64,000 nucleotides of DNA. It comes from a virus. Under the pieces are notes generated by a model that worked only from the letters and a program-made list of their open reading frames with translations, had not been told where the DNA came from and ran no database searches. The stretch spans positions 32,001 through 96,000 of IMG/VR virus record IMGVR_UViG_3300046168_000070, one strand, 5' to 3'. This document shows, piece by piece, positions 19,541 through 29,465 of this stretch; positions within the stretch are counted from its first letter, which is position 1; the number at the start of each line of letters is the position of its first letter. The position numbers and the translations under genes were made by a program.

Positions 19541-20347
19541 ATGAAAGTCAGTACAATTACACCATGCTATAAGATGGGAGAATATCTCCCAAAGTTCTTA
19601 GAAGAATTAGAACAACAAACACTATTCCCAAACTTCGAAGTTGTGTTAGATCATAACGACCCAGAAGATTGGGAAGTGGAACTGGTTCAATCATATATTG
19701 AGAAATACCCAGATGGTGTTATCAAACATATCATTACAAAACCAGTAGACCCAATCGGTGTTTCAATGAACACATGCATTAAGGAAGCTTCTGGCGAATA
19801 CTTAACGATTTGGAATATAGACGATTTAAGAACCCCAGAATCACTTGAAAGTCAAATGAAAGTGTTAGATGAAAATGAAGGTGTGGATATCGTCAACACC
19901 AATTTTCAAATAGTTAATTCATTTGGAGCTAAAGCTGGCAGACAGATTGACCATAGAAAATATGATGAATCAGAATATAAGAGAGGAATGGTTTTAGGGC
20001 CATTCTTTATGTTCAGAAAATCAATATGTCTCAAAGCTGGATACTTTGATGAGCAACTTAAATCTGGCGCTGATTTTGACTTCGCTATTAGATTAGCTCA
20101 TAATGGCGATGTGATGTTTTCGGAGGGTAATGGCGGTTATTATCTAGACGAAGGGAAAGGCGCTAGTACGAGCGGTGATTTACAACCAATAGAGAAGACA
20201 TTCATTTATGTTAGATATGGTATTCATGATAAAATAGATCGTGAAAGATGTCATATATTCATGGATAAAGCCATGGAATATGATGTTGAAAATATCACTA
20301 GTTTTCAAAAAAAAACCAAATACACTAATTACATCAATACCCAATAA
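19541..20347 (+). CDS. Glycosyltransferase family 2
   Basis: STITPCY, EVVLDHND, GEYLTIWNIDD, ADFDFAIR. Confidence 0.88.
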   Translation: MKVSTITPCYKMGEYLPKFLEELEQQTLFPNFEVVLDHNDPEDWEVELVQSYIEKYPDGVIKHIITKPVDPIGVSMNTCIKEASGEYLTIWNIDDLRTPESLESQMKVLDENEGVDIVNTNFQIVNSFGAKAGRQIDHRKYDESEYKRGMVLGPFFMFRKSICLKAGYFDEQLKSGADFDFAIRLAHNGDVMFSEGNGGYYLDEGKGASTSGDLQPIEKTFIYVRYGIHDKIDRERCHIFMDKAMEYDVENITSFQKKTKYTNYINTQ

Positions 20348-20373
20348 AAAGCCAATCCAAAAATACATACAAC

Positions 20374-21591
20374 ATGACAAACTTAAAAAATTTAATAGAA
20401 AAAACAAAAAACAATCCAACGATTAAATGGACGGCTCACAAGGAGCATTTAAATGCGATTGAACCCGCACTAAAGTCTTACCTAAACAATGAAACTTTTC
20501 CCAATAAAGGAAAGGTTCATGGCTATTTCACATTAATTCACAATGTAGTTAAAAGCCTACCAGATGATGCGATAATAGTTGAATTGGGCAACAGAGAGGG
20601 AATGAGCACGTTGGCCATATATGATGCCTTAAAGGATAATCAAAAATTCTATACAATAGATATAATAAAAGATCTTCGTGTTATGCCAAAATCTTTCTTT
20701 GATGATGGTAGAGTAAATGTCATTTATGGTGATTGTGTTAGTGATGGCATAGTTTCGTTATTTGAAAATGAGTCAATAGATTTTTTGTTTTCAGATACTA
20801 TTCATTATTACAAGCAAGTTGATAGTGAATTTAAAGCCTATAAAAATAAGTTAAAAAATAATTCTATAATCTTTATGGATGATATAAAATTAAATGATAA
20901 AGGAAGATTTTACGAAGAGTGGGAAGGAGAAAAGTATAGTATGGGAAATTGGTGCCATGAGACTGGTTTTGGATTGTTTAAATTTAAAAATAAAATGGCA
21001 AACGCTGATATTGTAATATGGTATAATCATGATAGAAAGTTAGGGTTTTTAGGAATACCCAAATGTGCATCAACTACATTAAGAGTTTTCACTGGGTGCA
21101 ACACTCTTTCAGATACAGATATACCAGAAGATTATAATGGTTTTACTGTAATAAGAGAGCCTGTAGAAAGATACGTTTCTGGCTTCATTGAAGTCATGTA
21201 CCCAGCTCCAGATTATCCAAAGTGTAGATATCATCATAATTTAAATTTGTCAAATGATGTAATAAACGATTTGGACAATATCAATAAAATATTAGATGAT
21301 ATAGAAAAGTTTAAGTCTTTTACCGAATATATTATAGAAAACGGCTTTTTTGAACCTCATACATTCCCTCAATCTTTTTATTTGAATAATGATGATAGGT
21401 TTAAGATTTATAAAATGGAAAATTTAGACCAATTATCTAAAGACCTTGGTCTTGGAAAGGCTCCTAATTTAAATCGAACAAGTAATAATGCTGTCAAAAA
21501 AAAGTTATTAAAATTTCTAAAAGAAGATAAGTTTGTGTCAAAGATTGAAGGGTTATATAAAGAAGATATAAAAATTTACAATTCATTATGA
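20374..21591 (+). CDS. Class I SAM methyltransferase fused to a sulfotransferase (Sulfotransfer_2-like)
   Basis: IVELGNREG, IDFLFSDT.H, FMDD; then FLGIPKCASTT (5'-PSB) and FTVIREPVERYVSGF (3'-PB). Confidence 0.78.
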   Translation: MTNLKNLIEKTKNNPTIKWTAHKEHLNAIEPALKSYLNNETFPNKGKVHGYFTLIHNVVKSLPDDAIIVELGNREGMSTLAIYDALKDNQKFYTIDIIKDLRVMPKSFFDDGRVNVIYGDCVSDGIVSLFENESIDFLFSDTIHYYKQVDSEFKAYKNKLKNNSIIFMDDIKLNDKGRFYEEWEGEKYSMGNWCHETGFGLFKFKNKMANADIVIWYNHDRKLGFLGIPKCASTTLRVFTGCNTLSDTDIPEDYNGFTVIREPVERYVSGFIEVMYPAPDYPKCRYHHNLNLSNDVINDLDNINKILDDIEKFKSFTEYIIENGFFEPHTFPQSFYLNNDDRFKIYKMENLDQLSKDLGLGKAPNLNRTSNNAVKKKLLKFLKEDKFVSKIEGLYKEDIKIYNSL

Positions 21592-22439
21592 AAATAGTTG
21601 GAATTACGCCAATAAAAAACGAATCAGCTTTTATTGATTCTTTTGCTTCATCAGCCACACAAGTTTGCGATAAAGTCATTGTTTTAGATGATGGCTCAAC
21701 TGATAATTCAGTAGAGTTATTAAAGAAATATGATAAAATAGAAATTGTAGAATTAAAGAATAATGATGGCTGGGGTTCTAAGAGGTCTCATTTGTTTAAT
21801 TTAGCTAGAGAATACTCTCCTACTCATATTGTAGGATTAGATGCTGACGAAGCTTTTACAGCAAATGCAATAAAAAATTTTGATATCATTGCATCATCAA
21901 TTAAACCAGGAGAGAGATGCACTTTACATTGGCTTCCAATGTGGAAATCTTTATACGAATACAGACAAGACAATAGTGCTTGGTCTAATAGTTTTAAGGA
22001 TTTTATAATTTGCGATGATGGTAAAATCAATTATTCAGGAAACTGGATTCATGAGCCTAGATTACCAATAGTAAAACCTACAAAACAAATTCCTACTGAT
22101 ATTGGGGGTGTTTTTCATTTTCAATTTTCTTCATGGGAAGCCTTTCAAATTAAACAATCTTGGTATAGATGTTTAGAAAGGGTCAGTAATCCAAATAAGT
22201 CTATAGGACAAATAAATAAAACTTATTCTATAACTCTTGATGATAAAAATTGTCATTTAAGAAAAGCGCCAGAAGAGTGGTACGAAGGAGTTGTTCTTCC
22301 TGATTTGGATAAAATATATCAAAACACATTATGGAGAATAAAAGAGATTGAAGAATGGATAAAACATCATGGTTTAGATTATTTTAAAGATTTAAACATT
22401 TGGCATGTTGCAGATATAAACAATTTGAGAAATGAATAA
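21588..22439 (+). CDS. Glycosyltransferase family 2-like
   Basis: KNES.FI, IVLDDGSTDNS, GLDADE, IHE, HFQF. Confidence 0.82.
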   Translation: MKIVGITPIKNESAFIDSFASSATQVCDKVIVLDDGSTDNSVELLKKYDKIEIVELKNNDGWGSKRSHLFNLAREYSPTHIVGLDADEAFTANAIKNFDIIASSIKPGERCTLHWLPMWKSLYEYRQDNSAWSNSFKDFIICDDGKINYSGNWIHEPRLPIVKPTKQIPTDIGGVFHFQFSSWEAFQIKQSWYRCLERVSNPNKSIGQINKTYSITLDDKNCHLRKAPEEWYEGVVLPDLDKIYQNTLWRIKEIEEWIKHHGLDYFKDLNIWHVADINNLRNE

Positions 22440-23544
22440 GATAAGAGTTGCATTTATAAAATTTGGTGGACTTTCTGCTGGTGGTACAGAAAGATTTTTA
22501 CATGCAATAGCTGGTAATTTACCACAAGATATATTTGAGGTTGATTACTACTATACAGATGCTGCACCATATTTGGGTTCTGACTGGCAACATCCAGATA
22601 CGGACCCAGATAGAAAGAAATATATGGAGAGTAAGAATGTTAACTTAATTAAGGTGGAAGTTGAATTCAAGGATGTTAGAGATAGGTTACATCCATGGGT
22701 TAACACTAACTTATGGGACTTATTTAGTGAAGATAATTACGATGTTGTTCTTGGGGGTAGAGCTGGCCACCCAGAGTTCCCATTTCACATGATAACTAAA
22801 ACACCATTAATCAATATCTTAGCGCTAAATGCTGGTGTAGATAATCAAAGGAATATATTTAAATCATTCCACATAACCAACTGGTGCGGTCAACAATGGA
22901 TTAAACAGGGTGGTGACGCTAGTAGATTAGAGATTGTGCCAGTTATCCAAGAAATGCCAGAACCACCATTCACGAATATGCGTGAGGAATTAGGCGTCAG
23001 TGATAAGTTCGTCTACGGATTTCACCAACGTAATTCAAGTGGCTTGTTCTCAGAAGTACCTCTTAATGCGTATAAGCAAATCGAAACTGATGATACTTGC
23101 TTCATCTTATTAGGCGGGCATGACGATTATAATAATCAAGCTAAAGAATTGTGTTTAAAAAATTTCATATCATTACCGCATACAGGTGATTCTGATGCGA
23201 TACATTCGTTTTTAGAAACGATAGATGTTTTTAGTCACGGCAGAAACGATGGAGAAACCTTTGGCGCTGTTTTTACAGAAGCCATGTATCACAAAAAACC
23301 TTGCATAAGTCACACGTCTTTCGCAAATGGACATGTTGAAGTCATAGGTGATTCTGGGAAATGTTTTTCTAGGTCCGATATAGAAGGTTATTCTTTAGAA
23401 ATGTTGAAATTAAAAAATGAAAAAAAATATTATTGCGAAAAATCAAAGTTAGCCTACGAAAGATATAAAAAAGAATACTCTCTAGATTCTCAAATAGAAA
23501 AAATTATTAAAATATTACAAGATGCTTCAAAAAAAATCTTTTAA
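22432..23544 (+). CDS. Glycosyltransferase family 4 (GT-B)
   Basis: GGTERF, DVFSH...GETFGAVFTEAMYHKKP.I. Confidence 0.82.
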   Translation: MNKIRVAFIKFGGLSAGGTERFLHAIAGNLPQDIFEVDYYYTDAAPYLGSDWQHPDTDPDRKKYMESKNVNLIKVEVEFKDVRDRLHPWVNTNLWDLFSEDNYDVVLGGRAGHPEFPFHMITKTPLINILALNAGVDNQRNIFKSFHITNWCGQQWIKQGGDASRLEIVPVIQEMPEPPFTNMREELGVSDKFVYGFHQRNSSGLFSEVPLNAYKQIETDDTCFILLGGHDDYNNQAKELCLKNFISLPHTGDSDAIHSFLETIDVFSHGRNDGETFGAVFTEAMYHKKPCISHTSFANGHVEVIGDSGKCFSRSDIEGYSLEMLKLKNEKKYYCEKSKLAYERYKKEYSLDSQIEKIIKILQDASKKIF

Positions 23545-23546
23545 AA

Positions 23547-24347
23547 ATGATTATTATAAAAATGCAAGGTGGCCTTTGTAATCAATTATTTCAATGGGCT
23601 TTTGGCCGCTCATTATCTAAAAGATTTGGTGTTAAAGATTATTATGATATTAGTTTTTATACTAGCGGAGCTAATCGCGTGGGATATACAGATGCTAGAG
23701 AGTTTTGTTTGCCTGACTTATTAAATATAAAAATTCCAATACTAACTCAAGATGCAATAGATCAATTTCATTCTAAAGCGTATCGAGACGGGGCTCAAAA
23801 ATTTATACAAGAACCGTCCAATGGGTCTTTTATACAAATTGAATATGATAAAAAATTTTTTTATTATTTTGATGGTTATTGGCAGAACGAAAAATACATA
23901 AAAGATTATAGAAGCGAAATTATATCTTGCTTAGATTTAGATTTAAATCATAATCTTGACTTTACAGACTCCTGTTCTTTACATGTCAGGAGAGGAGACT
24001 ATTTAAAATCGAATGGCTATCATCCTGTTTTAGATATTACATATTATCAAAAAGCTTTAGAGATAATAAAACCTAAAGGTAATTTATTTGTATTTTCTGA
24101 TGATATCGCGTGGTGCAAGCAAAACCTTGAATTTGAAAATATGATTTTTATGGAAAACAATTCGAATATAGATGATTTAAAACTAATGACTATGTGCCAC
24201 AATAACATAATAGCTAATAGTTCTTTCAGTTGGATGGGGGCGTGGCTCAATCAAAATCCACAAAAAAAAGTCGTCTCACCAAAAGTTTGGTATGGGAATA
24301 ATGTCGATTATCAAACAGTTAGGCCTGAAGAATGGATTGTTATTTAA
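23547..24347 (+). CDS. Alpha-1,2-fucosyltransferase (GT11)
   Basis: GGLCNQLFQ, GYWQNEKY, LHVRRGDY, FSDD..WC, ANSSFSWMGAWL. Confidence 0.93.
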   Translation: MIIIKMQGGLCNQLFQWAFGRSLSKRFGVKDYYDISFYTSGANRVGYTDAREFCLPDLLNIKIPILTQDAIDQFHSKAYRDGAQKFIQEPSNGSFIQIEYDKKFFYYFDGYWQNEKYIKDYRSEIISCLDLDLNHNLDFTDSCSLHVRRGDYLKSNGYHPVLDITYYQKALEIIKPKGNLFVFSDDIAWCKQNLEFENMIFMENNSNIDDLKLMTMCHNNIIANSSFSWMGAWLNQNPQKKVVSPKVWYGNNVDYQTVRPEEWIVI

Positions 24348-24375
24348 TTTTTTAAACATCAAGATATAATATTAT

Positions 24376-25437
24376 ATGAAAAAAATCGTTGTAACAGGAG
24401 TCACAGGACAAGATGGTAGTCATATGGTAGACTATCTTTTAAAATTGTTTAAACAAGAATTTGGTAAAACTGATTTCATGCTTTACGGCACTGCGCGCAG
24501 GCTTAGTGTTAAAAATCATGAAAATATTTTGCATTTAGAAGATGAGCCTAGATTTCAACTAATTAATATGGATTTAAACGACGCCCATAGTATTCGAGAT
24601 GTAGTCATTGACATTCAGCCAGATTATTTTATTAACTTTGCAGCTCAATCTTTCGTTGCAGGTAGTTGGGAATACCCTATTCAAACATGGGATACAGACG
24701 CAAGCTCGGTGTTGCATATACTTGAATCTATTCGTAGATTTGCTCCTCATTGCCGATTTTATAACGCAGGTTCTTCTGAGGAGTTTGGCGATGTCGTATA
24801 TACGCCACAAGATGAAAATCATCCGCTACTACCTCAGTCTCCATATGGTGCAGCCAAGTGTGCCGCAAGGCATATCGTTAGAGTTTATAGAGAGTCATAT
24901 GGCTTATATGCAGTGCAAGGCTGGTTGTTTAACCATGAAGGTTCGAGAAGAGGGTTGGATTTTGTTACTCGTAAAATCACCCATACAATTGCCAAGATAA
25001 AAATTGCCCTCGAAAATAATAAACCTCTACCGATTCTTAAACTTGGCAACTTAGAAGCTCAGAGAGACTGGAGCGATGCAGAAGATTTTATGGAAGGAGT
25101 TTGGTTAATGTTAAATCAAGATAAGCCAGAGAATTATGTTTTAGGGAGCGGAGAAATGTTTACGGTGAGACATTTCTTAAATACATGCCTAAGTCATGCT
25201 GATATTAAATTTTATTCTGAAGGAGAAAGTGACTCAGAAAAATATTATACCGAATCTGGACAGTTATTTTTTGAAGTTGACCCGAAGTTTTATCGACCAG
25301 CAGAAGTCCACAAACTTTGCGGAGACCCATCTAAAGCAGAATCTGAGTTAGGTTGGAAGCGAAAGACTTCATTTAAAGATTTAGTGCTTAAAATGTATAA
25401 TAACGATTACTCAATTTTAAATGGACAAAAAATCTAA
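24376..25437 (+). CDS. gmd: GDP-mannose 4,6-dehydratase
   Basis: GVTGQDGS, AAQSFV, FYNAGSSEEFG, SPYGAAK, LFNHE, FVTRKI, LGNLEAQRDW, FYRPAEV. Confidence 0.96.
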   Translation: MKKIVVTGVTGQDGSHMVDYLLKLFKQEFGKTDFMLYGTARRLSVKNHENILHLEDEPRFQLINMDLNDAHSIRDVVIDIQPDYFINFAAQSFVAGSWEYPIQTWDTDASSVLHILESIRRFAPHCRFYNAGSSEEFGDVVYTPQDENHPLLPQSPYGAAKCAARHIVRVYRESYGLYAVQGWLFNHEGSRRGLDFVTRKITHTIAKIKIALENNKPLPILKLGNLEAQRDWSDAEDFMEGVWLMLNQDKPENYVLGSGEMFTVRHFLNTCLSHADIKFYSEGESDSEKYYTESGQLFFEVDPKFYRPAEVHKLCGDPSKAESELGWKRKTSFKDLVLKMYNNDYSILNGQKI

Positions 25438-26368
25438 AATTTTTATTGCAGGGCATAAAGGCATGGTAGGTTCCGCAGTCCTTGATTTGCTCAAAAAATC
25501 TGGTTATGAAAATATCATTACCCGATCCAGAAGAGAACTGGATTTAAGAGATCAAAGTAAAGTTCACTCCTTTTTTAAAAATAATTCAATTGACGCAGTG
25601 ATTTTATGCGCCGCAAAAGTTGGAGGAATTGAATCTAATAATGTTTATAGAGCGGATTATATATATGATAATTTACAAATTGCCACAAATATAATTAAAT
25701 CAGCTCACAATTCCTCAGTTAAAAAATTAATTAATTTAGGATCTTCTTGCATTTACCCCAAAAGCCCAAAACTGCCTATAACAGAAGAGCAGTTACTGAC
25801 TGGACCTCTAGAGAAAACGAACGAGCCTTATGCCGTTGCAAAAATTGCAGCTCTCAAAATGTGCGAAGCCTACTATCACCAATATGGAGACAATTTTTAC
25901 TCCATAATGCCATGCAACCTTTATGGCGAGAATGATAATTTCGACCTATACAGCTCTCATGTTTTACCTGCGTTAATCAATAAGTTTCACGCAGCGAAGC
26001 AAGATGAATTGGGATTTGTTAAGATTTGGGGCTCAGGCAAACCAAGAAGAGAGTTTCTTCATGTCAGAGACTTAGCGAGTGCAATTTTGTTATGCCTTCA
26101 GAAAATTAACGCCGAAGATATTTATAAATATAATATTTCTCATTTAAATTGTGGATCTTATCAAGAATTTTCTATACTTGAATTAGCTAATATAATTAAA
26201 TCTATAGTAGGGTTTCGTGGGGAAATCAGATATGACAAAACGAAGCCAGATGGAACTTTTAGAAAATTAATGAACAGCAATCGTATGTTCAAATTTGGCT
26301 TTACTCCATCAATAGCCTTAACAGAAGGTATTCGCCAAACATACAACTGGTATCTTAAAAATGTCTGA
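25421..26368 (+). CDS. fcl: GDP-L-fucose synthase
   Basis: GHKGMVGS, AAKVGGI, LGSSCIYPK, YAVAK, PCNLYG, SHVLPALI, WGSGKPRREF. Confidence 0.96.
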   Translation: MDKKSKIFIAGHKGMVGSAVLDLLKKSGYENIITRSRRELDLRDQSKVHSFFKNNSIDAVILCAAKVGGIESNNVYRADYIYDNLQIATNIIKSAHNSSVKKLINLGSSCIYPKSPKLPITEEQLLTGPLEKTNEPYAVAKIAALKMCEAYYHQYGDNFYSIMPCNLYGENDNFDLYSSHVLPALINKFHAAKQDELGFVKIWGSGKPRREFLHVRDLASAILLCLQKINAEDIYKYNISHLNCGSYQEFSILELANIIKSIVGFRGEIRYDKTKPDGTFRKLMNSNRMFKFGFTPSIALTEGIRQTYNWYLKNV

Positions 26369-26600
26369 CAAATATACTGGCCCAAGAGATTTTGATGAGC
26401 AAACCGATGCATTTCGTTTTGATCTTGATGATATGTGTGATAGATATTTAGAAGAGTTTGACATTAATGTTTTTACAATAGCTGGAGCTTTGATGGAAAA
26501 AATTAAAGAGTTACTTGGAGACGATATAGTTTTTAATTTAGATGAGCCAGATGAAGAAGAAGATGATGAAAACCTTGACGATTTTAATCTAGATGGATAG
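26361..26600 (+). CDS. Small acidic hypothetical protein
   Basis: 79 aa ORF with Asp/Glu-rich tail. Confidence 0.6.
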   Translation: MSDKYTGPRDFDEQTDAFRFDLDDMCDRYLEEFDINVFTIAGALMEKIKELLGDDIVFNLDEPDEEEDDENLDDFNLDG

Positions 26601-26757
26601 AAATAAAAAATACCAACAAACAGATAAAGGGAAAGAATCATTATCTAGAGCTAGAAAAAAATATGATGAAGCAGACAAGGAAAAACGTAGGCAACAGAAG
26701 CGAGATTACATGCGTCGCAAAAGAGAAGAAGACCCGAATTATTGCAAGTGGAAATAA
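26593..26757 (+). CDS. Small basic hypothetical protein
   Basis: 54 aa hand-translated ORF MDRNKKYQQTDKGK...YMRRKREEDPNYCKWK. Confidence 0.5.
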   Translation: MDRNKKYQQTDKGKESLSRARKKYDEADKEKRRQQKRDYMRRKREEDPNYCKWK

Positions 26758-26762
26758 AAACG

Positions 26763-26768
26763 GTGTAA
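26763..26768 (+). promoter_or_regulatory. GTGTAA motif before DUF1549 gene
   Basis: Intergenic; ATG 27 nt downstream. Confidence 0.45.
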
Positions 26769-26795
26769 TTTAATCATAATTGTCTATTGATTGTT

Positions 26796-29066
26796 ATGAA
26801 AATTTTAATCTTATTGTTTTTATCTTCAATTCTCTGTTTTGGGGATACGCTATATTTTAATAACGGAAAAAATTTGAAAGGCGATATTGTAGAGGCGAAT
26901 GCTACACATGCGTTAATTAAAAGATCAAGTGATCTGCAATTATTCAGGATTTCAATTGATTCTTTAACAAAAGACAACCAAGCTTATATTAAAAATAATT
27001 TTCCACCGAGTCATGAAGCTTTGCCTAAATTTAAAAGACCATTATCTGATAGAGATTTAAAAACTCATGCTTATTATATTGATAGCTTAATTGAAGCAAA
27101 ACTCAGAGGGTATAATCTTAGGCCAAATAAGGAGGTCGATGATGCTATATATTTACGTAGAGCATATCTTAAAATTATCGGGAGGACGCCTTCTTTAGCA
27201 GAAGTAAACTCTTTTTTTGATGATAAAGATAAAAATAAAAGATCAAAATTAGTTGATCAGTTATTAGGTAGTGAAGGATATGTAAGTCACTGGTTTAATT
27301 TTTGGGCGGATATATTAAGAATTAAAGATAGGTTAACCAATAGAATATCTGGAGTGCCTTATAAGAATTATGTAAAAGAGTTTATATCAAATAACAGACC
27401 ATACGATGAATGGGTTAGAGAAATGTTATCCTCATCAGGCTCTCTATGGATTAAAGGCAACGAAGGAGTAAGTTATTTTGCTCGTGATGTCAATATGCCT
27501 CTTGATAGCATGGCTAACACAGTACGTATTTTTTTAGGCACAAGCCTCGAGTGCGCCCAATGCCATGACCATCCTTTTGATCGTTGGACTCAAAAACAAT
27601 TTTACGAAATGGCTGCATTCACAAGTGGCTCGACTAATTTGAGAACAAAAAGTCCAGAAAATTTAAGCGTCTTAAATAGATTAGCGAGAGATGAAAGAAG
27701 AAAATTAGAGCAGTCCGATCAACCTCAAAAATCTAGACAGCTACAAAATAGCATAAGAGATATCCAAGATATTTTGCAAACTGGATTAACGAGTTTAGGT
27801 AACGGAAAGATCAGTTTGCCTAAAGATTATCAGTATGATAATGCAAAACCTAATGAAGCTTTACTAGGGAAAACGATTTTCGGTAAAGAGGTAGATATTA
27901 AAACTGTTGCTCCAAATGCAGGTTCTAGGGAAATTTATGCTAATTGGTTGGCGTCTGAATCAAATCCAAGATTTACAGCTGTTATTGTAAATCGCTTGTG
28001 GAAGGAAGTTTTTGGATTAGCTTTAATAGAGCCAATTGATAATATGTTCGATGACACTCTTGCTACCGACCCAAAATTGCAATTACATCTCGAAAAAGTC
28101 ATGGTTGCCTTAAATTATGATTTAAGAGAGTTTTTAAGAATATTGTATAACACTAAAACATTCCAAAAAGAGTCTGTAACCAGAGATGTAATACCTAAGG
28201 ATAATAAAGATCAATCTATGCCTGTAGAAGTTGAGTGGATTATCGCAGGGCCAAATACCAAAGCTCAGTCTAAAGGAGCTGTCCCTTATTTTTATCAAGG
28301 GCCGATATTAGAAAGAATGAGTGGGGAGCAAATTTGGGATTCTTTAGTAAATTTAACATTTGATAATATAGATTCTAGAAAATTAGAGCAAAATACAAAA
28401 GGTTACGATCAATTTCAAACTCTTTCAGCCATGAGTGGAGAAGAATTATTTGAAGATATAATGGCTAAAATCAATAAAACCGAAAAGCCTAAAGCTGCAA
28501 GTAAATCAAAATTTGGTGAGCCGATAAATACTGATTGCCCTATCAAGCCTGGAAGAGCAATCGACCCAACATTATTAGCTCTCAATGAGAACGGTGAAAC
28601 TTTGGCATTTTGCTGTGAATCTTGTGTTGATAAATACAAATCTCAAAAGAAAGCTAGAGAGCAAGAGTACAAGCAGAATTTTGTCAAAGATAGAAATTCA
28701 GTTAGAGCTTCCGAACTATCTTCTCCCGCTCCGATTGGTCATTTAATCAGAGAGTTTGGCGGCTCAGATAGAGAGCAGATCGAAAACGCAAACAAAAGCG
28801 CTTCAGCGACACAAGTATTAAATTTATTAAATGGGTTCGTTGAAACAAGGTTATTGAAAAATAAAAACTTTGAAGTTATTAAAGCAATTGAATCTCAAAA
28901 GTCGTTAAGTGATAAAATAACAGTAGGTTATAAATATATATTAAACCGAGAGCCTACTTCTAAAGAATTAAGGATATTTACTGATAATTTAAAAAATACG
29001 AAAGATGCATATAAAGAAATAATATGGGTATTAATTAATAGTCATGAATTTATGTTTGTTAGGTAA
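26796..29066 (+). CDS. Secreted DUF1549/DUF1553 (PSD1/PSCyt2-type) protein with SHD1-like N-domain and YHS-like insert
   Basis: Signal peptide; YLRRAYLKIIGRTPS, W.D.LR, FLGTSLECAQCHDHPFDRWTQKQFYEMAAF, NPRFTAVIVNRLWKEVFG..L.EP.D, Q.L.LLNG, WVLINSHEF. Confidence 0.9.
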   Translation: MKILILLFLSSILCFGDTLYFNNGKNLKGDIVEANATHALIKRSSDLQLFRISIDSLTKDNQAYIKNNFPPSHEALPKFKRPLSDRDLKTHAYYIDSLIEAKLRGYNLRPNKEVDDAIYLRRAYLKIIGRTPSLAEVNSFFDDKDKNKRSKLVDQLLGSEGYVSHWFNFWADILRIKDRLTNRISGVPYKNYVKEFISNNRPYDEWVREMLSSSGSLWIKGNEGVSYFARDVNMPLDSMANTVRIFLGTSLECAQCHDHPFDRWTQKQFYEMAAFTSGSTNLRTKSPENLSVLNRLARDERRKLEQSDQPQKSRQLQNSIRDIQDILQTGLTSLGNGKISLPKDYQYDNAKPNEALLGKTIFGKEVDIKTVAPNAGSREIYANWLASESNPRFTAVIVNRLWKEVFGLALIEPIDNMFDDTLATDPKLQLHLEKVMVALNYDLREFLRILYNTKTFQKESVTRDVIPKDNKDQSMPVEVEWIIAGPNTKAQSKGAVPYFYQGPILERMSGEQIWDSLVNLTFDNIDSRKLEQNTKGYDQFQTLSAMSGEELFEDIMAKINKTEKPKAASKSKFGEPINTDCPIKPGRAIDPTLLALNENGETLAFCCESCVDKYKSQKKAREQEYKQNFVKDRNSVRASELSSPAPIGHLIREFGGSDREQIENANKSASATQVLNLLNGFVETRLLKNKNFEVIKAIESQKSLSDKITVGYKYILNREPTSKELRIFTDNLKNTKDAYKEIIWVLINSHEFMFVR

Positions 29067-29428
29067 TCCCATCTATTATATTTAAAAAAATAAATCATAT
29101 CATCTTTTATATAAATCCAACCCCATTTCTCTGTATAAAAATACCCTTTATAGCTTGGAGCATTATATATCCATCCTAATTTTTCAGAATACAACCAACT
29201 TCTAGAAATAGATTTTTTGTAAGTTCCATAAACTCTCCCCAAAGTTTTCATTGTGAACCACAAGCCTTTCGGTTTTTTACCGCATCTTGCCATCCATTCG
29301 CCAAGATCTAACGGTTGAGTAGATTTAGCTTGATTTTTGCACCAATCGCAATTATCTAGAAAATCTTTTCTTTCCACCCTTGCTTCTAGACAAATATATA
29401 TTAATATAAAAAGAAGCGAAAACCTCAT
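29042..29428 (-). CDS. Small putative secreted protein with W.Y....GW.Y repeats
   Basis: Hydrophobic N-terminus, WLYSEKLGWIY / YFYTEKWGWIY; preceded by GTGTAA-N8-ATG. Confidence 0.6.
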   Translation of the reverse strand: MRFSLLFILIYICLEARVERKDFLDNCDWCKNQAKSTQPLDLGEWMARCGKKPKGLWFTMKTLGRVYGTYKKSISRSWLYSEKLGWIYNAPSYKGYFYTEKWGWIYIKDDMIYFFKYNRWDYLTNINS

Positions 29429-29436
29429 ATATTGTA

Positions 29437-29442
29437 TTACAC
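29437..29442 (-). promoter_or_regulatory. GTGTAA motif
   Basis: GTGTAA-8 nt-ATG(29428). Confidence 0.65.
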
Positions 29443-29465
29443 TTGTGTTGATTTTTCTTTAAAAT

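Noticed and set aside
14194-26368. Interpretation as a giant eukaryotic virus or a bacterial O-antigen island
   Set aside because: Lambda-type tail genes, rIIA/B and sigma70 promoters indicate a phage; no flippase/polymerase, integrase or housekeeping context
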